A stretch of DNA of 64,000 bases. It comes from Atractiella rhizophila. Lineage: Eukaryota. Below the pieces are notes generated by a model, which worked only from the letters and a program-made list of their open reading frames with translations, was not told the DNA's origin and did not search any database. Made by a program: the position numbers and the translations under genes. Numbering within the stretch: the first letter of the stretch is position 1; every line of letters begins with the position of its first letter. Location: the NCBI GenBank assembly GCA_021432655.1, contig MU271196.1:1-64000 (forward strand). The letters are read 5' to 3'. This document shows, piece after piece, positions 25,925-39,082 of this stretch.

Positions 25925-27300
25925 TCATACCCATGGCATATTTCTATGCGTTACAGGACGTTTGTGATCAACGAAATAGTTCGGATGCACCTGATAAGCT
26001 TTAGGATCACCAGACAAGATCTTGATTTGCTGAATGATTTGAGGATACTTTTCTGGAAGTAAGGCGGGTCCCTCGAATCGAGCAGAGATGAGCCACTACG
26101 GTCATGTCAGCAACTTTTCGACGCGCTCCATTGTGGGAACACTGACAGCGATTTTAACATTTGGCGTGGAGAAAGTTGGCGCCAGGCCAAGCCCATCCAG
26201 TAGGAGCTCTCCCTTCCACGTCTTCATGCGTTCTCTGCTGCTAAACCGAAGGCTAGAGTCCGTGTCACCTTCTGGCTGATCAACCACAGTCGCGTCTCCC
26301 ACCCTCGCTTGCACCAGGAGTTGTTTTGAACTCGCCGCGATATTACGACCGTCAGGAATGCCAATGTTGATGTTCTCAATCAACACTTCGTCGTTTTCGA
26401 CGTCGCCATCTTCAATGAGAGCAAGTTTGAGAACAAACGGGATTGAAGAACCTAGATGATATTCGGTGGAAGGGATCGCCAACTAGATTCCTGCATTATG
26501 AAAGTCCTATGCATCCATGTGAAAGTACCGACCAACGCCATCAAGGGTCCTCTTGTGGTATTTACAAGTTTCAGAGGCACCTCACGATTGACCCATCCTT
26601 TTACTTCCATCGTCATCTCCTCCTGTTCTCTTGGAACATACATCGGCAGATTCTGTTCAATTTGAGGGCTAGAAGATGGCATGGGAGCTAAGACAAATGG
26701 TGCTCGAAGGAAATGTGTTGGATGGAAACTTGATTTCGTCGTTTCCAGCTCGATAAAATAGATGATGCGTTGGTTGGGAGAGTAAAAGCTGGGCGGGAGG
26801 ATTGGGCAGTGAGCCTCACTCTCCTTACCCGCGTAGGCTAAAATGTGGCTCGTCATCACGGTAGAGATAGGAATCTGAATAGAAAACGGGAAAGAGGTCC
26901 TAAGAGTTGGTGGATAGATATCCTGGGTAGAAAATGGACCACGGTACCTTCCACTGGGTAGCTGTCCACCATTAAAGAGCTTTTGCTCCTTGCTCGCAAT
27001 TATCCACTCTCCACTTGGGGGGTCACTAACACTTGGCCATTCACTTTTGCTCTTTCCAATCAGCCGTAGAATGACGTGCTTCATCTTCTGACTCTGTTTC
27101 AAGTCGACAAAAACGGTCCCTTCGACAAAGGAGCCCGGAACAAACGTTGGATTACGATTGGGAAATGATGAACGAAACCGCAAAGAGACCTTCGAGTGTT
27201 CTCCGATAGCATCATACATTTGATCACCCAGTGGTATAGGACATCCTGGTGGTACAGCAAAAGGTTGCCATGGTGGAGGATTGGGATCCGCCTCTTGCAT
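25925..27300 (-). CDS. Arrestin-fold protein, paralog A (3 exons)
   Basis: PTFVPGSFVEGTVFVDL...VILRLIGKSKSEW...FPFSIQIP...LPPSFYSP...IIYFIELE is an arrestin N-domain pattern; APTFSTPNVKI is a C-domain pattern. Confidence 0.7.
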
Positions 27301-27945
27301 GCTCTCTTCTACTTCTGTGTCAGCTACAGGAAGACCGAGCAGTAGAAATGGACTACATTTTAAGGCAGCGAAGAGTCATCTATGGCCTGGATTCAGCATA
27401 AGTCGCTCTCGTTGCTCTCGTTCCTAGGCACTGACTGAGCCCCTCTTTTAATCCCGCAGATTGTAGGTTGGTATCAGCCGACCAGGCTTTACGACACGAC
27501 ATGGCCGTCAATGCAAATGTGTCATTCACATACACTTTCATGCGGAACAGTGGCTCTGCGATCACGAACGCTTCCATTCTGAAATAAAATACAGTATAGC
27601 AAGGTTTGTGGTAGAAGCGGTTGGAGCCCTGCCTTTGCTGTCGTAAGGCAATAATTCCTCGGAGTAACCCCGAATCGTGTGTATGATGGAGATAACTACT
27701 CTTTGAAAGTTCAAAAGGGTGTGATTCTTCTGATTAATAGAGGAACACTAGCATTCTTCATGCAGCGCGCAAACTTGAAGAGCTGATCCCTTGAAAGGAT
27801 GAGGACACAACTTACAAGAGACTAATTGAAGTATTGTGCATCTCCCCTCAGCGCCTCAGCCGCACCACCGTGACATCTGCGAAATAACGGATGTTGGTCA
27901 ATCTGATATCGCCGAACCTACACCGACTTTGTTGTGGAGCATGTA

Positions 27946-29625
27946 ATGACCACCTTGTCTCGGCAGAAGCATGCCTCTCGGGTAAAGGCACCAGCACTGC
28001 AGCATTCACATCATTCTAGCTTGTCCAATGCGCCGCTCTTGCTCCGTTGTCATCCACAGAGTCTTCAGGATCCTGTTTTCGAATATCGTCTCAGCTGGAC
28101 ACGCTCTTTTCTTGATTGCACCTCGGTTAGAAGCGTACACTTTCATTTCTTTCAACATCGATCGGTATATTGGTTTGTCGAAGGATACGTCGATTTTATG
28201 TTGAAAGGCGTGCAGCCAGTCTATGACACCAGCACTGTAACCGAACTCTCTCCCGCTCCATCATCCTCTTTAGAACAGCCTGTCCTTCACGTCTATTGGC
28301 GACACGAATCCGAATATCCGCTTGTTTTTTTACATGCCTCATCAGCAGCTGCTTTGCCCAAAGAAGACTGGCTTGACGTGGAGATTCGATTGGAGAATGA
28401 ATGCTCAGTCTTGCCACTTGCCCGCTACAGCCTTTATGAAAGCCCACCGTGGAGCTGCGTTTGGAACAAGGAGGCGTCGTCTTTTCCGGTTACGATGGTT
28501 TCGTTATCTACGCTGCCTGTTCAGTGTTACCTGGCCACTTTGCCGTCGGAGCTAGTGGGGTTGATTTTCGATTGGTTGGATAAATATACTGTTGACTACG
28601 ATGAGTTCAAGGCAGACTTTTTATCATATTCTCTCGTATGTCGAGTATGGAGACAACATGCGTTGTCGCGGCAGCTCGAACCATTGCGTAACACTCAGAA
28701 ACTGCGATCACTGAGCTCCAATCCCATGTTTCGAAAGCAGTGGATTACCTTCTCGTTCAGTCAACTTGACGTCGAAGTCGATCTGACATTAGATGTTCTT
28801 GCTGCCACTCTTTTGGGGTCTCAAACGGTCCACATCCTTTCTCTCGACTTATCCCACGCTTCCATCTCAAGTCATACTCTGGAACAACTGGTGAATATAT
28901 CAACATTGCGAGACATCCGGATCAGCCACTGGCATGGAGAAGAGTTACTTACCTTGTTATCGAAGACACAATCCACTGCAGACCTCCGCATTATCGAGTT
29001 GAGGGACGCAATTGCAATTAGCCCAACCTGTCCTCGCCATTGCCCCAGTCCGAACCACTCGCTTTCACCAGAACGGCTGGTACTGCACGCCGCACAGTTT
29101 TCAGAAGGGTTTTGGGATAGTGTGCTGGACACATCCTTGTTGACGAGGGTTGAGATCCACCATTGCCCTCGGATGCCGTTGGATCTCACAAAACACAATC
29201 TTTCTGCGCTGAAAGAACTCTCTCTCGATCTCACACCAGAAAGCAAACATGCAGACGTAATGCCCTTTGTCGTTGATCAACCTCTACCAACGTCGGCATT
29301 CGGCAACATTGCTTACTTGACCATTGACGGAGGGCAACCTCGCAGTAATATCCTCCCATTCTTCTACTTTCACGAATTGCTTCCGTTCACACTCCCAAAT
29401 TTTCGAAGCATGAACATTTCATATTGTAACATCGGAAGTGTGGACTTCATTGAGTTTGCCGACCACTTTCGCTCGCACCAGTTCGAACGTCGTTTTCTGA
29501 ACGTGGAACTTTTCTTCGGGGATTGGGATGAGGACTATCTGCAACGGGCACAGGAGTGGACGACAGAGCATTCTCACGGCCGAACGTATTTTGGTCTGAA
29601 CGAAGGAGGGGAGGAGGAAGACTGA
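27946..29625 (+). CDS. F-box protein with an LRR/RNI-like C-terminal region
   Basis: LATLPSELVGLIFDWL...SLVCRVWRQHA F-box, followed by LxxLxL-type repeats. The start is uncertain (alternative ATG near 28198). Confidence 0.8.
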   Translation: MTTLSRQKHASRVKAPALQHSHHSSLSNAPLLLRCHPQSLQDPVFEYRLSWTRSFLDCTSVRSVHFHFFQHRSVYWFVEGYVDFMLKGVQPVYDTSTVTELSPAPSSSLEQPVLHVYWRHESEYPLVFLHASSAAALPKEDWLDVEIRLENECSVLPLARYSLYESPPWSCVWNKEASSFPVTMVSLSTLPVQCYLATLPSELVGLIFDWLDKYTVDYDEFKADFLSYSLVCRVWRQHALSRQLEPLRNTQKLRSLSSNPMFRKQWITFSFSQLDVEVDLTLDVLAATLLGSQTVHILSLDLSHASISSHTLEQLVNISTLRDIRISHWHGEELLTLLSKTQSTADLRIIELRDAIAISPTCPRHCPSPNHSLSPERLVLHAAQFSEGFWDSVLDTSLLTRVEIHHCPRMPLDLTKHNLSALKELSLDLTPESKHADVMPFVVDQPLPTSAFGNIAYLTIDGGQPRSNILPFFYFHELLPFTLPNFRSMNISYCNIGSVDFIEFADHFRSHQFERRFLNVELFFGDWDEDYLQRAQEWTTEHSHGRTYFGLNEGGEEED

Positions 29626-30247
29626 CGTTTGTCCAGACAGACCTGACGTTCTGTGACACGCTTGAGGAGCATATTCTGGCCAAGCGAGCCATTTAGTCTT
29701 TTTGGACTTGCCATAACATACATTCAAGCTGGCGTGGAGGTGAGGTTTCAGGCTGTTCCAAGGACTCTTCCTAATGATGACAGGCTGTGGACGATGGCAC
29801 CGTACAATGCAACATGAACAACCGAATCCACTTGCCTTTTCTCTGGCTTTCGCGCTCACATGTTCACATCGTCAAACAGGGTACTGAATATTCTGGAAGT
29901 ACGCATGGACGATCGACATCTTGTCCCCGTCAACGTCAACTCAAGAGTATTTATTAGTCGATCATTTCGTGTAGCAGTTTTAGACATATTATTGTATGGC
30001 AGCATGCTATTAGGAAGGAAATACTAGTTGGAGGGAGCATTACTTTCCATATATCCAACATAATACACACTAAAAGCATAAATCTACCATATAATAGGTC
30101 CGTCGTGTGATGACTGTCTTATCGGATTCCGTCAGATTGATTCCCACCAGAGCGACTGCTCTCCAGCTCAGCATCACCTCAATTCAAGCCCTGATCAGAA
30201 GTTCATAAGGCACGGTAAATTGCCATGATCCATCAGTTGCTGACCAG

Positions 30248-31858
30248 TCATTGCATGTTTTCAGGATGCATCCAAGTTAACTTCGATGCTCCGAGTCCTT
30301 CCCGATGCTTAGGTCTTTCATGATCCACAAAGTATCCTGGGTGGACAGTATAACTCTCTGGCGGTCCAGCCACGAGAGTTATTTGGTGAGCGAGTTGTGA
30401 CGGAGAGGCGAGAGCTGGGCCATTAAATTGGGCTCTTATACTCCACTATCAATCCTTTCATCAGAAAGAATCTTGAGAAGGAGAAGATGGAAGCATTTCT
30501 CACACTTGACTTGACGTTGGGGGTACTGAACGTAGACTGTTCGACGATATAATCAACTACATTTCCGCCGTGCTTGTGGGAAACGAACCGACAGTCCTAG
30601 TGCGTCAAGTTTCACCTCCCCTCTCCATGTCTTTGCCTTTTCACACCTCGAGAAATAAAAACTCTCGCTGCCAACTCCTCCAGTCGTCTCACTTCCGGAG
30701 ATGTGCATATTGAGGATCCTAGCATGGGCCAGCAACCTTTTTGGCGCTTTTGCACTGAGACCGTAAGGGACTCCAACGGTCACGAGATCCAGCATGATTT
30801 CATCTGAACCCTCGTCCTTATCCTTTACTGAGAAATATTGGAGCTCGAGAAGAAAAGGGAGGGAGGTGCCCAGCTTGAATTTGGTGGTTGGAATTGAAAA
30901 CTGTCATGTGTCAAATCAGTAATTGCAGCTAAATGAGGAATGGAATTGGACGGACGGTGGCAGTCAGTCTGCCCTCCTTGCCCGCTGATAATACCAAAGA
31001 CGCTTCCTTCTTCACCCACTCTTCCGTATCGAGGTGTACTCCCTGATCCTCAATCTGGGAATAAATCGGCAGCTCCTCTGCCTGTTCCGCCGCTACTGAT
31101 CCCCTTGGCTCTGTGGCGGAAGGAGAAGAAGGGAAAGGAGCGAGGACGATCGGTGCCCTCAAGAACTCGGGAGAAGAGAAAACGCCTTTTTTGCATTCCA
31201 CTTCCAAATGATACACTATTCGTTGCTGGTGACTGTTTATCGGAGCGTAGAAGGAAGGAGGGAGGACCGGGGTGTGCGTCTCTTGCTCGCGACCGTAGAA
31301 GGAAGAGATGGTGAGGCCGGTCATGGTCGATCCGAGGGGAATGGAGAGGGAGAATGGGAGGGAAGTCCTACATCGACGCCATACCTTTCATGAGGAATCG
31401 GATATTGGAGTTGTGTAAACAATGGAGATGAAGGCGCACGTTCCAACGGGCAGCTTCCCGTCCGCAAAAAGCTTCAGCTCCTCCCTCACAACCTCCCATT
31501 CGGAATCCGGTGGTCCTCCCTCGTTTTGCCACTCGCTCTTGCTCTTTCCCACCAGCCTAACAATCACATATTTCACCTTTTGCCCTCCTTTGGCTTTGGC
31601 AATATCGAAATCGACCGTCCCATCGATAGTTGACCGTGGAACGAAAGTCGGATGACGGTTTGGGAAAGGCGAACGGAAGCGGAGGGAGAGCGTGGACGAA
31701 GAGACGGAGAAGTTTTGGTCGCCTAGCGGTGTTGGGCAGCCTGGTGGGACAGTATAAGAAACCCAGGCCGGTGGACTGGTTTCTCCGTTTTGCTCATCTG
31801 ACCCTGGTGATGCTGAGGCCTGCTCCTTGGTTGGCCCTCTCGCTCTGGTGGTACTCAT
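30248..31858 (-). CDS. Arrestin-fold protein, paralog B (multi-exon)
   Basis: Colinear with paralog A: VPPGCPTPLGDQ, FRSPFPNRHPTFVP, VRLVGKSKSEW, LPPSFYAP, STFSTPNVK and C-terminal VHPGYFVDHERP. Confidence 0.7.
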
Positions 31859-32322
31859 ACGGACAGTAGTCAGTGAGACTGTGCATTTTCCTGAGTGTTT
31901 GAGCAGCTTTAAAGGCAAACGCGACGATAACCCTGTGATAACGAGCTCAGCCTTCCATTGGATGAAGGGTAGAAAGTGTATGTCCCCCGCAGGCGGGGAT
32001 GAACGTGATGAACAATCTCTTTCGAAATTGAGTTTCACCAAGTTTGATAATGTGAATCCAAATCTGAATATTTGATGGGTGGTGATATTGGACTTCGATG
32101 ACAATGAGGCATGATGAATGCTCCCAAGCATGAAATAAACGGAAGAGAAACAGGATGAAACCCCTTGAACACGCCTTAGACGGCGTTCCTGCAGCTACAG
32201 GTACCCAAAGCCATGTTCCCGTCTCTAACAATGTACACAGTTTACGATACGGGCTCAATAAATTACATGACAATTGGATATCAACATTTGTTGTTGGTGG
32301 GATTCAAACTTTATCTCACTCC

Positions 32323-32331
32323 AAAAAATTT
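32323..32331. promoter_or_regulatory. RRPE-like motif upstream of UTP4
   Basis: AAAAAATTT about 90 bp upstream of the ATG. Confidence 0.3.
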
Positions 32332-32416
32332 CGATCTGTTGCTTAAACAGCACAATTGTTGGGCTTTGAACCTCACCTGCCTCACAGGACAGGTCGCACG
32401 GCTGTGACTCGCGACG

Positions 32417-35400
32417 ATGGACCTCCAAGCGGTCGCCTCAACTTCCTCACAGCCGATCAAAACGAACCGCGCACGCTTCGTCGATTTCAATCCGTCCCAA
32501 ATAACCAGCATCACGCTCACGCCTTCGACATGGACCTCTCAGATTCCTAAACTTAAAGGGGAGAGGCAGACGGTAGCTGTAGGAAGGGGAAATGGGGCTA
32601 TACAGGTCTTGGAGTGGGTGGGGGAGGAGCAGGGATGGGTACATTGTCATGTGAGCTCTCCGACTTTCTGCCATTCTGTGCCGTGGGATTGGTATGTTGT
32701 AGTGTATGGGATATTGAAAGCTGATCAACGCCGTATGCGATGACTTGACAGACCATTCCGTCCTCTTTTCCCCCAGCGCATGGAGATAATGACGCTGGAA
32801 CGATGCCTTTGATTTCGCATCTCCTCTTCCTCCACCCATCCGAACTCCCTCTCTCCGACCTGCACCTTTACTCCCCGGACCCTCTCCCTTTCCCCTCTCC
32901 AGTGACGCCTGCTCAGGAAGAAGAGAATGCAAAAATTTCCCGAAGCAATGAAGAACTCGCGAGGGAGATGAAGGCCGAACTCGAAAAGATCAGGAGTGCC
33001 AAACCGCGCTTGTTTGGTGTGGGAACTGGAGGGAGCGAGGTTATAGAATGGGAGTGGAAAGACGACGAATCTTGTGAAGGTCTCAGAGGATCAGTTATCG
33101 TGCGTCCCACTCTGTGCTATCTTTTCAAAAAAATGCTAAATTGAATGGCAATAATGAAAGAGCGTAACCGCTTCCCGCTCAGGATCCATATTCTCCATGT
33201 CCCCAAACCCATCTCACACCCTCCTCGCACTGGGCTGTCAAGACTCCTCCATCCGTCTCCTCTCCGTTCCCTCTTCCCCTGCTCCTTCCTCATCCCTCGA
33301 ACCGCTCGCCCACGTCGCTCAATGGTCTTTCGACACCGCAAGCCAAGCTCACAGACGCAAACATCCGTTGCAGGTCCTCAGTATGGCTTGGGGTCCGCCA
33401 CGTTTGGCCAGTCCCACAGGCGGACATTGGGCGGAGAGGGACTCGTATTTGGTCGCCGGATGCACGGATAGTACCATTCGTAGATTCGATGTCAGGAGTG
33501 GGAAGGTCGTTGGAACAATGAAAGTGGAGCGGTTTAAGGGAGAGGAAACCTTGGTTTGGTGTGTTGGTGTCCTTAGGTACATTCATTCTTCGATTTATGT
33601 GAAAATGAGGTTGATGAAGTAATGGGATGGGATAGAGACGACACTATCATCTCCGGCGATAGCTTAGGCAACGTCAAGATTTGGGACGGTAAGCTGAATA
33701 CCCAGTTGAGGAACATCAAAGCGCATCGAGCGGATGTACTCTGCATGAGCATAAACATGGACGGTCGCTCCTTCTTCACGTCGGGGGTAGACCAGCGCAT
33801 CTCTCTCATCCAACTTACCCCCCCGTCCAATCCCAGCACGACTGACAACCGACCGTCTCCGCATTGGTCCCTCGTAGCCACCAAGCGAGGACACTCACAC
33901 GACGTCAAGGCTCTCGCCGTCTCACCTTCTTATTCCATCTCTTCCCCCCGCTCCATCCTGAACCAAGGGACGCTTCCCATCCTCCTCTCGGGAGGAATAG
34001 ATCTCAACCTCGTCCTCCACAACGCTCTTCCCACCATCGACGCATACAAGAAGGCGTTCTCTAAGAAGCTTTCGAACAGGTTTGTGAAGGAGGAAGGCGG
34101 AGGCGTGCTTTTTGAGGATTCCAGACCCGTAAAGGCGAGCTATGTCCCTCCGAGTGCCGAGCAGCAGATCGTGATCTGTGAGAGCAGACGGTGGATTGTA
34201 ATCAAGAGGGGGAGGGAGGTGAGCGTGTGGAAGGTGGGGACGCCGGGTGGAGGGACGGCGAAGCGTGAAGTTCATGATGTTGTGGAGAACGAGGAGGATA
34301 TCCCGGAGTGGGCGAGGGGGAAAAGACTTCAGACCAGGTGGGGACTCGAGGATGTGACGGGCGCGACGAAGGTGAAGGGATCGGGGAAAGGAGAGTATAG
34401 GAAGTTGCTAGAGATGGAACTAGATGTGCGCCTTCTTCTGTGTATTCCAAAGGAAGCTGACCCATGATCTTTGATGGACAGCTCAATTCGGATATCACCA
34501 GATGCCAAATCTCGAGAGATGGGAACTGGCTAGCTGTGTCGGACCTGACACAGACCAAGCTGTTCTTCATGGAGGTCTCAGTGTGTTTCTCCCCTTCAAC
34601 TTGCCGAACTAATTTTTCGAAGGGAAAGAATCAAAACATTATCAAACCGAAACGGGTTAAAGCCCTCGACCAAATCCTCCTTTCCCTCCTCGCAGAGCAA
34701 GAGGAAGAGGAAAGCACAAACACCTCCTCTACCGCCCTGCACTTCTCTCCCGATTCGTCCCTATTCTCAATATCTTTGGCTGCGAAACCACTGGTAGTCG
34801 TGCTCACGGTTTTCTCAGACGACGCGACGGTCAATTTGAAGACGATGTTCAATCCCTGGAAGCACTCAAGCTATGGAGGGAGGGAGAATAGAGTGCTGGC
34901 CGGGAAGCTGAAGCAAAAGGACGGAGAAGAGGATGAGAGTGAAGAGTATGAAGGAAACGGAAAGGCGGCATCTGATGTCGTTCTTGCTATTTCAAAGGAT
35001 AACCAGTGGTTGGCGGTCGTCTATGGCTTATCTACAATCTGTATATTCGACCTTGGCGCAATGAAGGTGAACCTCCCCTTCGTTTCAGCCATATGTAAAC
35101 TAACCACTCTCCGTTTCGTCACAGTTCCATTGCAATCTCCCAACCCCACCGCAGTTCTCCCACGTCCTCTCCTTCCTCCCCAGCCAGCCCAACTCCCTCC
35201 TCATCGCCCAACGGGACAACCAATTCCAGATCTACGACCTACGCAACAAGTCTATTGCTACATGGTTCCCCATTCCATTCACCGATCCCGCGTTCTCCAC
35301 GCTCTCCAACCTTCGCCAATCCCTGATGGGAGTTGTCTGGCATCCGCGGAAAGAGCTATGTGCTATCTTCTGGAGCACAGATTGGCTCTTTAGCATCAAC

Positions 35401-35697
35401 CTGAAACCCTTACATGAGGGGAAGAGGGCCGCGAAGAAGGGAAAGGAGAGTAAGAAACGCTCGAGGGAGGATGGAGAGGGTACAGGGGATAATGGGAAGC
35501 AGGAAAAACAGGAGAAAGGAGTGTTGGAGTGGACACTGAAACAGGACTTTAAGAGCGTGCTCGCCTTTGATTTGGTGGATGCGGATGGAGAGGCGGGAGA
35601 GGAGGAGAAAGAGTTGTTGAGCGTTGAAAAGCCATTCTTCACACTTCTAGATGAGCTGCCAGCCGCTTGGACAAGAGTTGGAGAGTATGGAGCATGA
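32417..35697 (+). CDS. UTP4: U3 snoRNA-associated WD40 protein Utp4 (Cirhin)
   Basis: RARFVDFNPSQITSI, ETLVWCVGVL, IISGDSLGNVKIWDG...AHRADVLCM, KRGHSHDVKALA, LLSGGID and C-terminal LSVEKPF. Confidence 0.9.
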
Positions 35698-36336
35698 TGT
35701 GGCACCAAATACTATGAAATTCACACTTCTGTCTTCTTCTTTCCTTCTGCACCTTTCAGGTGATTGTGACAGTATCAAATCACGGATAACTTGACATCGA
35801 GTTGCAGTTCCATGGCTAAATACTGCATCGAATAAAGTACCTAAAAACACATCACTCGAAACGAAACACCAAAGGAAATCGGAAGGCGTGTACTCCAAAC
35901 TCCAAGCTTGATCGAGACGACAATCACTTGACGATACATCACCATCTATCTATCTCTGAGGCCTGAAGAAGCAATTAAGGGGAGGGGTGACGAATATGAA
36001 GTGGAAGTGAAGAGTTCACGCTTGGCCTCTTCACGTCGAGAGAAGTTTGAATGATGGAACAGGTGAAACCAATTCGAGGAGTGGGGAAAAAGCAGGTGAC
36101 GGTGAAAGAGCGACGACAAAACGACAAAGTCTAGGGCAAATAAATGACCGAACTACGCAAGTACTCACAGGAAGAACCAAAAGAAACACAACAGAGCAAC
36201 AGCACAGCATTGAATATTGAATGAACGAGTGTCAAATTCGATCCCAAAATAAAAGTTGATGAAATTCGAGAAAGCTGGTGACAGCGGCAGTGCACTGGTG
36301 CAACGTGGAGAAGAAGGGTTAACTAAACACGGTCCG

Positions 36337-36366
36337 TGTAGTGTAATGTAATGTAAAGTAATGTAA
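36337..36366. repeat. Imperfect (TGTAA)n microsatellite
   Basis: tgtagtgtaatgtaatgtaaagtaatgtaa. Confidence 0.7.
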
Positions 36367-36493
36367 CGAGTTAACAGCAAAGCCCAAATTTTGAGACAGG
36401 GATGGATGATGGATGATGCTTTCCGGCGATTGATTTTCTTTTTGTTCTTCACATTCCACAATAATCGGTGTCAACGCTCGCTTTCCTTCTTCT

Positions 36494-38554
36494 TCATGCA
36501 CACGTCCGATAGCTGGGTATCGAACTCTCGCTCCTCTCGCTTCTCCAACTCGGCGGACGTCCCCCACCATCCATCGCCTCCGTGAAGCTCGGCAACTGTT
36601 CCTGTTCCCTACAGACTACCCTGATGGGCACTCGGAGGACGGACATGCCTGGGCTTCCCTTGAAATGAGCAAACACCTGAAGGATATAGGTCCTCTCGAA
36701 ATTGGGCATCTTGAAACTTGGCGTCTGTTCCTTTGTCGGTGTCTGATAAGGAGCGGTGAGGTCGCCAGGGTGGGATGTGGGGAGGTTTGAGAAGGGTGTT
36801 TGAAGGTCAAAGTCAAGGGAGAGGACGGTCGGTTGGTTGGGTGAAAGCGTTTGTGAGACCGGGAAGCTCTGGTGTCTACAGAGTTGGAGGGATTGGTGTG
36901 GTCGCCCGTCCGCTCCTCCCCGTGTCAGCGTACGCCGATAGAAGAAGGCTTCAATGTGCGTTACGGCTGGAGCGGAGGTTTTACGGCTGCTAAAAGGTAA
37001 ACGGGAGGCCAGGGGAGAGTGGAGGATACGGAGGAGCAGTGGGAGGGTGGGTTGGTCCCGTAATACAAAGTCTTCTGCGGGGATCGCGGTCTAGCCACCG
37101 ATGAACAGAAATCATCAACATCAAATCCAGCAAGCGAAGGCAGAGCGAAGAACCCATTGAACACCAAAGACTGCAATGGGCAGAAAACAAAAGAAGACGA
37201 ACCTGAACCTCTAAAACCCCAATCTTCCTCTTCAGCCTCTCGCTCTCCACGCTCCTCCACTTCATGTACCTCCTCCACCTGCCCTCTTCAGCCCAGTTCT
37301 CCTCCCCTTCTCCTGGAAACACCGGTCTTCCACTCATAGGATCCCTCTCCGTGTCCTCCGTGACAAGGACGGCATTATGAGCTCTCATGCCCTCCTGGTC
37401 GCTAAATCCCCTACACTCATTCCTATACCCGCTCTCCCACCCCATCCCCGACGGCGGTTCATTCATAAAATCGAAGCACTTCCTTGCGACCAAATGGTGT
37501 TTTCCAAATCTCAACAGCCCCTTATCGTCCGTCATGAGTTCGCTCGTATCCGCCCCATCCTCAGGTTGCAGCGAAACGACGGCCTCGACGAGCCATTCCA
37601 CCGATCCTCGGTTGTTGTCCCGACAGGTCGGAGGTAGGGGACGGTGCACGCCGGACAGGTCGCGCGGAGCGCCGGGGTAGGGATTCGATTCGTCGATTTG
37701 GAGGGTTGGAGTGGTAGGTAGGAGGAAGGAGAAGGGCCATTCGGTCGGACTGCTACTTGAAAGAGGGACGAGGATGGGCTGATCCGGAGTGGCTGCTTCT
37801 AGCGTACGGCGCTCAATGAAAGCTGTTCCCACCTTCGTCAGCGACTGGAGAAAATAAAATAAAAGGGTAGTGACAAAAAAGGATGGGGGAAAAGGGAGAA
37901 AACAGGAGCGATAAAGGAGAAGATACTCACATCGATGCCACTCATGAGCTGTGAAGAATTGCTCCTCATCCTTCAACAAGAACCTCGTGTTATCCACCCC
38001 CGCTCTCGGGCTGGCAGTGGGATCGAGTCCGAGGCCAGCGAGCATGTCCGCGTCCTCCTCTCCACTGCCTACTCCCAGCTGGATTTCCCTCTCCTCCGCC
38101 CCACGAATTCGTTGCTGCAGCACCTGTTTCCACAACCTCTCCGTCCGACGACCTATCACATCCATCGTCAATATTATGCTCGTTACGTTGGAGGAGGGGA
38201 CGAACTGTTCTCATGCGGGACTCCATAATGCCAAAACAGCGTCCTCGAATCGCAATACACCCTAAAATCGACTCTAGCAATCCTCAAAAAATCGGGGGGA
38301 TTCCTATTATTCGCTCTCGGTTGTAAAAAGATCTTCCCAGTCAAATGGCTTCCCGGCACGAGAGGTCTCGAGGGGTTGTGATTGAAGGAGATGGTGAGCG
38401 AATAGTGCTTGTTCCCACTCAGCGAATACGGCGACTCGGCGGTGTAGGGAAAGATGGTCGACTCCTCGCCTAATGGTGCCGGTGGCTTCCGGAACGTTTT
38501 CGTGATCTGGAAACCACCAGCGTAGAGCGTCGCCTGGTTGGAGTAGGCTGCCAT
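36494..38554 (-). CDS. Arrestin-fold protein, paralog C (divergent), with PY-like C-terminal motifs
   Basis: LVPGSHLTGKIFL, WPFSFLLP, LPPT...GSVEWLVEAVV and MPNFERTYILQV; tail LPSF/PPSW/IPSY. It splices cleanly via a GTTCGT donor near 38207. Confidence 0.6.
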
Positions 38555-39082
38555 GGTGATTATTCCTTCTTCCTATCCTACGTCTATGTCGTTTTCTTGC
38601 TAACTCCCCAACTCGGCCTGTTTCCGAGTAAGCCTTTCGAGATGAAAATGCGGGGTATACCAGTGGCTCCTCACTGAGGACTGGGCATGTGACTGATATG
38701 CAGGATCCAGATAGGGATGGATAGGGGCGAATAGGGAATGGTCAGGCGTAGGGAGGGAGATGGTGGACAGAAAAGGAAGTGGGAGAGAGAAGAGGTGGTC
38801 GTTTTTGTGCATGCGGCGCTGAAGTTTGCGGTTCTGGAGAGGCGCGTGGAGCGAACTGAATTAGCGCCGAAAGGCATGCGCTTGTTGCCACCACACCTTA
38901 TAATCACACTTAATGTCATCTCTTCATCATTTTGATCTTCTATCCGTGTTACACTGGTTCCTACATTCATCCATTAACAGCACACACTTCTCCCATCCAT
39001 CGATTTCACCATCAATCCATCCAGGAAAACTTCATCCGAATTCCGGGTCAACATTTTAAATAACCGTACAGAAACCACAAGA

